Assembly (NCBI RefSeq): GCF_009914755.1
Contig: NC_060932.1
Length of the DNA: 64,000 bases
Direction: 5' to 3' (one strand)
Source: the human T2T-CHM13v2.0 reference genome, Homo sapiens
The first letter of the stretch is position 1, and each line of letters begins with the position of its first letter. Positions 60,392-64,000 of this stretch are shown here, piece after piece. Made by a program: the position numbers and the translations under genes. The notes beneath the pieces are model-generated. The model was not told where the DNA came from. It did no database searches and was given only the letters and a program-made list of their open reading frames with translations.

Positions 60392-60753
60392 TAATATGGT
60401 TTAGCTGTGTCCCCACCTAAATCTCATCTTGAATTGTAGCTCCCATAATTCCCACGTGTTGTGGGAGGGACCCCGTGGGAGATAACTAAATCATGGGGGC
60501 AGTTTCCCCCACACTGTTCTCCTAGTAGTGAATAAGTCTCACAAAATCTGATGATTTTATAAGAGGTTTCCTCTTTCACTTGACTTTTAGTCTCTCTTGT
60601 CTGCTGCCATGCGAGATGTGCCTTTCACCTTCCGCCATGATTGTGAAGTCTCCCCAGCCACATGGAACGGTGAGTGTATTAAACTTCTTTTTCTTTATAA
60701 ATTACCCAGTGTCAGGTATGTCTTTATCGGCAGCACAAAAATGGACTAACACA
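60392..60753 (+). mobile_element. THE1 solo LTR (THE1B/C-like)
   Basis: taatatggtttagctgtgtcccc...atggactaacaca; perfect TSD ctggg. Confidence 0.92.
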
Positions 60754-61139
60754 CTGGGGACTGGCCATGTGGCTCTGTCTTGCAGATCTGGAGTAAAGCA
60801 CAGTGCAGAGAGGTTAGCAAATTGCCCACAATCACACAGGTGGGAAGTGGTGAAGCCAGGGCACAAACCCAGTCAGTCTGCTCAGAAATCCATGTCTTTA
60901 GTCACTGAAACATACTATCTCTAGATGAAGCCATAATATGAAATAGAAATAGTGATAAATCACACCTATTATGTACTGATGTCCTCACCGAGAAAGAGAC
61001 AAGTATTAATTGGTTATTAATGACTTAAAGGAGCCTACCTTCTCAAAAGGTCAAAGATTTCCTGTCAACTTTTCAATACCACGATGTGCAACAGGTGTTG
61101 GTGTTAAGCAGTGTTTGAAATTTTTGAACAAAACTAACA

Positions 61140-61285
61140 CAGATGCTCCTTGACTTACAATGGGGTTATATACCAATAAACCCATTGTAAGTTGAAATCA
61201 CTCTAAGTGGAAAGTGTATTTAATATAAACTCATCATAAAGCCAAAAACTTCTAAGTCAAACCATGGTAAGTTGGGGACCGTCTA
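61140..61285. mobile_element. Short MER47-like Tigger-family element
   Basis: cagatgctccttgacttac... and ...gtaagttggggaccgtct inverted termini. Confidence 0.75.
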
Positions 61286-61290
61286 TGTGC

Positions 61291-61829
61291 TGATGAGGTT
61301 CAGGATATGCTACCCAAAATATGGCACCTTGGCATATTGAATATTTTATGCTGAAGGAATTTGAGAGATAACATATACGGGAAGGTGTCTGAATTTCCCT
61401 CCCCCTCTCCCCTGCAGCAGGTCATAAAACCTAGAAAGAGTTTTCTAAACTTCCCCTGAAGCAGGTCATAAGACTCTCATGTGAGAGGTGCCCGCCCTAT
61501 ACCCAGGTGAAAGGAGCATCCTTTTCCCTGAAGACACAGAAGAATCTGAACAAACAGGCCCTGCTAAGTTTCCCCCAGTTTATTACCACTGATCACAATC
61601 TTTGCCCTATCGTTTCTCCATGACCGTCGACTCTTCATCAAGCCTACTATAAAAACACACTCAGGTTTAACAGTTCCTCAGGGTCTTCACTTTTTATAAA
61701 GTTTCTTGTGTCACATAAAACTTATATTAAGTAACTTTGTGTGCTTTTCTCTTGATGATCTGTCTTTTGTTATAGGGATCTCAGCCAGGAATCTAGGATG
61801 GTTAGAAGAAAAGATATTTCTCTCTAACA
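61291..61829 (+). mobile_element. MER34-family ERV1 solo LTR
   Basis: tgatgaggttcaggatatgctacccaaaatatggcaccttggc...tctctaaca. Confidence 0.7.
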
Positions 61830-62699
61830 TACCTTTTAATATTATTTCAGGAGGAACATGAGAAGTACTTTTCAGATGAGTTATTCTTCTTGGTTCTATA
61901 GGCCCAGGATATTGTGCAAAGAAGGAAGTGGTTTGAGAAGCTATGGAAAGGAAATATTAATCCAGACATAGACCTAGGACTTGAAGGTATCCATTTAATC
62001 CTCTCTCCTTTGAGTTTCTCCCTAGGAATTCTGCTAACACGGTTTCCTTGCTGGGTAATTGGTTATCTTGCTTTTCAGTGGCTGCCCCAGTGAACCCAGC
62101 TGGGTTGTTGGTTGATCTCATCCCTAAGCCATTACTTTCTACTTTGCACTTTCCCTGGCTAGATCTCAAGAGGCTATTTAAACACTAATTACTTCTCTTA
62201 GTCCCTCATGAAGGAAGCCCCCTCTGAGACCAGGGAAGAGTCATTTGAGGTGTAAATGAGAGAAAATGTCATAGGAACGGGAGGTTTGAGCCCCTTCCTC
62301 CCAGCCTGAGGCTGTGTCTTTGTAGCTGCCCTTCCAGTGCCAGTTTGTCTGGGCTCCCCTGTGATTTCCTTTCTTCTTGTGTTTCTTAGTACTCCTGTAA
62401 GATCGTCAGGGTATTTGGGCCAGACTATGAAATTAAAGTCCTTTACGCTTAGTTTTCTTCCTTTCCCTACTCCTCATTCCACCATCTCTGCAAACACCAT
62501 CCCTGCAAAACTACTCTGGAAATATCTTAACCAAAGCTTTTCCCCCAGATGAGGCAACATAGCTGAGTCTGTCATATAATTTGGTGGGTAATTGGTCCTT
62601 TGTATCTAAGCCAACTACCTCCTGCCTGCATCACAGATAATATAATTAGCAGCATAGGTAAGAAAATATGAGTAGATTATTTTTTATATGTACATATTC

Positions 62700-62910
62700 A
62701 TAGATTTAAAGGTGAAACGATATGATGTCTATAAGTTATGTTTAAACAACTCAGCAAAAATAGATGAAGCAAATATGACAATGTTAATTAAAAATCTAGA
62801 TGTGTATATTGCATGTTTATTATACTATTTTCTCTCCCACTTGGAGTATTTGAATTTTTTAAAAAAGTTTTTTTAAAGAATAAAGAAAATTAAGGAGGAA
62901 AAAAGAAAAA
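62700..62910 (+). mobile_element. Ancient L1ME-like 3' end
   Basis: atagatgaagcaaatatgacaatgttaat...atctagatgtgtat...tatactattttctct. Confidence 0.5.
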
Positions 62911-64000
62911 TACTGTGGTAGAGGACTATTTCTGATGTCCTGCAACATATGGTTCCCGTCAAGCCTATACCTTGAGTCTACACCTTCAGCTTGTTGGTGT
63001 TTATTTCCAAAGCCTTCATTACCTCAACAACACTAAAGCTCGCAACCTTCTGTCTGCTCATTACACTTGGCAGGGCCTGCAAACTCTCAGATTCCCTCTT
63101 CAGTTGCCTCTTGCAGATCTTCAATCAATTACAGCCCCAAAATTGCAAACTGCAGCACTCCAAGGTGGAGTCTTATGTGTGCCCCTGAGCCTCTCACCTG
63201 TGCATTTGCCTAACAGGGCCAGGTAGGGTCAGACAGCCACAACTGTGAGCATTTCACGGCACCTGGCAAAGGCTGCTGGCACCCTGCTAGGGCTGTTCTT
63301 CACACTGCCCATGTCTATTCTCACCACCTTCTTTTGTTCAAGTTGTTCTGTTACACTGGATACCCTCCATCCTTTTCTCAATTTCCAAATCCTATCTTTC
63401 AATACTCAACCAAGTTAATATACTTCAATCTTTAATAAATCCAAAACGCTACCTGTCCATCTGAGTTTCCGCACGGTAGCCAAGTTTACTCTCACTTGTG
63501 GACAAGGTAGCAGTGGTCACTCCCCACTTAGTGACTATGATTGGATCACCCAAATCTAACTGTTGACCACCAGCTAAAGAGCCCTTGAACTTTCATCTAG
63601 AGGGGAGCAATACAATGATGGTAGGCAAGGCAAGATTATCATTGTACAGCAACTTTGCATGGAAGTTAGGGCCAGGTGTATGAATAGGTTTCCTCTTGGA
63701 GGCTGACATGGTATCAGTAGTCATGACTCGAAGGGGAGGAGGATTTTGAGACTCCTATCAGGACTTGGGAAGGAGTGACATAACTAATTTGTGATATTTG
63801 CCATGGATACAGGGATGGGGGAAAGTGCCAAACACTATGTATTTGGATCCCTGGCTCAGGTCAGTAGGATACCAACAGTTCACTACAGCAGATAACAAAT
63901 AGAAATTTAAAAAGCCAAGAGCATTAAAGCATCTACCAGATGATGCACTTTGAATTCAAGATTTCTGGAGGAATGCAAGCGTAATTAGGGAAAAATAGAA

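Overview
Primate (human-like) nuclear DNA, AT-rich and CpG-poor, consistent with an intergenic or deep-intronic region. It is dominated by transposable-element relics: Alu/FLAM SINEs, old L1M LINEs, MIR/L2, MaLR and ERV solo LTRs (including a HERV-K HML-2 LTR5), Tigger/Charlie DNA transposons, an ERV1 env+3'LTR remnant, and a 5'-intact but 3'-deleted L1PA3/4-type LINE-1 (31409-36980). That L1 accounts for nearly all long ORFs. I cannot support any intact cellular protein-coding gene, RNA gene or CRISPR array, and I see no convincing new biological system. The most unusual items are local structures: a palindrome-rich serial-duplication scar (21693-21932), a 28-bp-stem hairpin in unique DNA (11471-11556), a tiny TSD-flanked orphan retroinsertion (49279-49344), a four-element mosaic junction (~40150-40290), a dispersed 67-bp duplication, and two candidate short exons near 3 kb. 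Repeat subfamily names are from recalled consensus sequences and are tentative; boundaries of old repeats are approximate.
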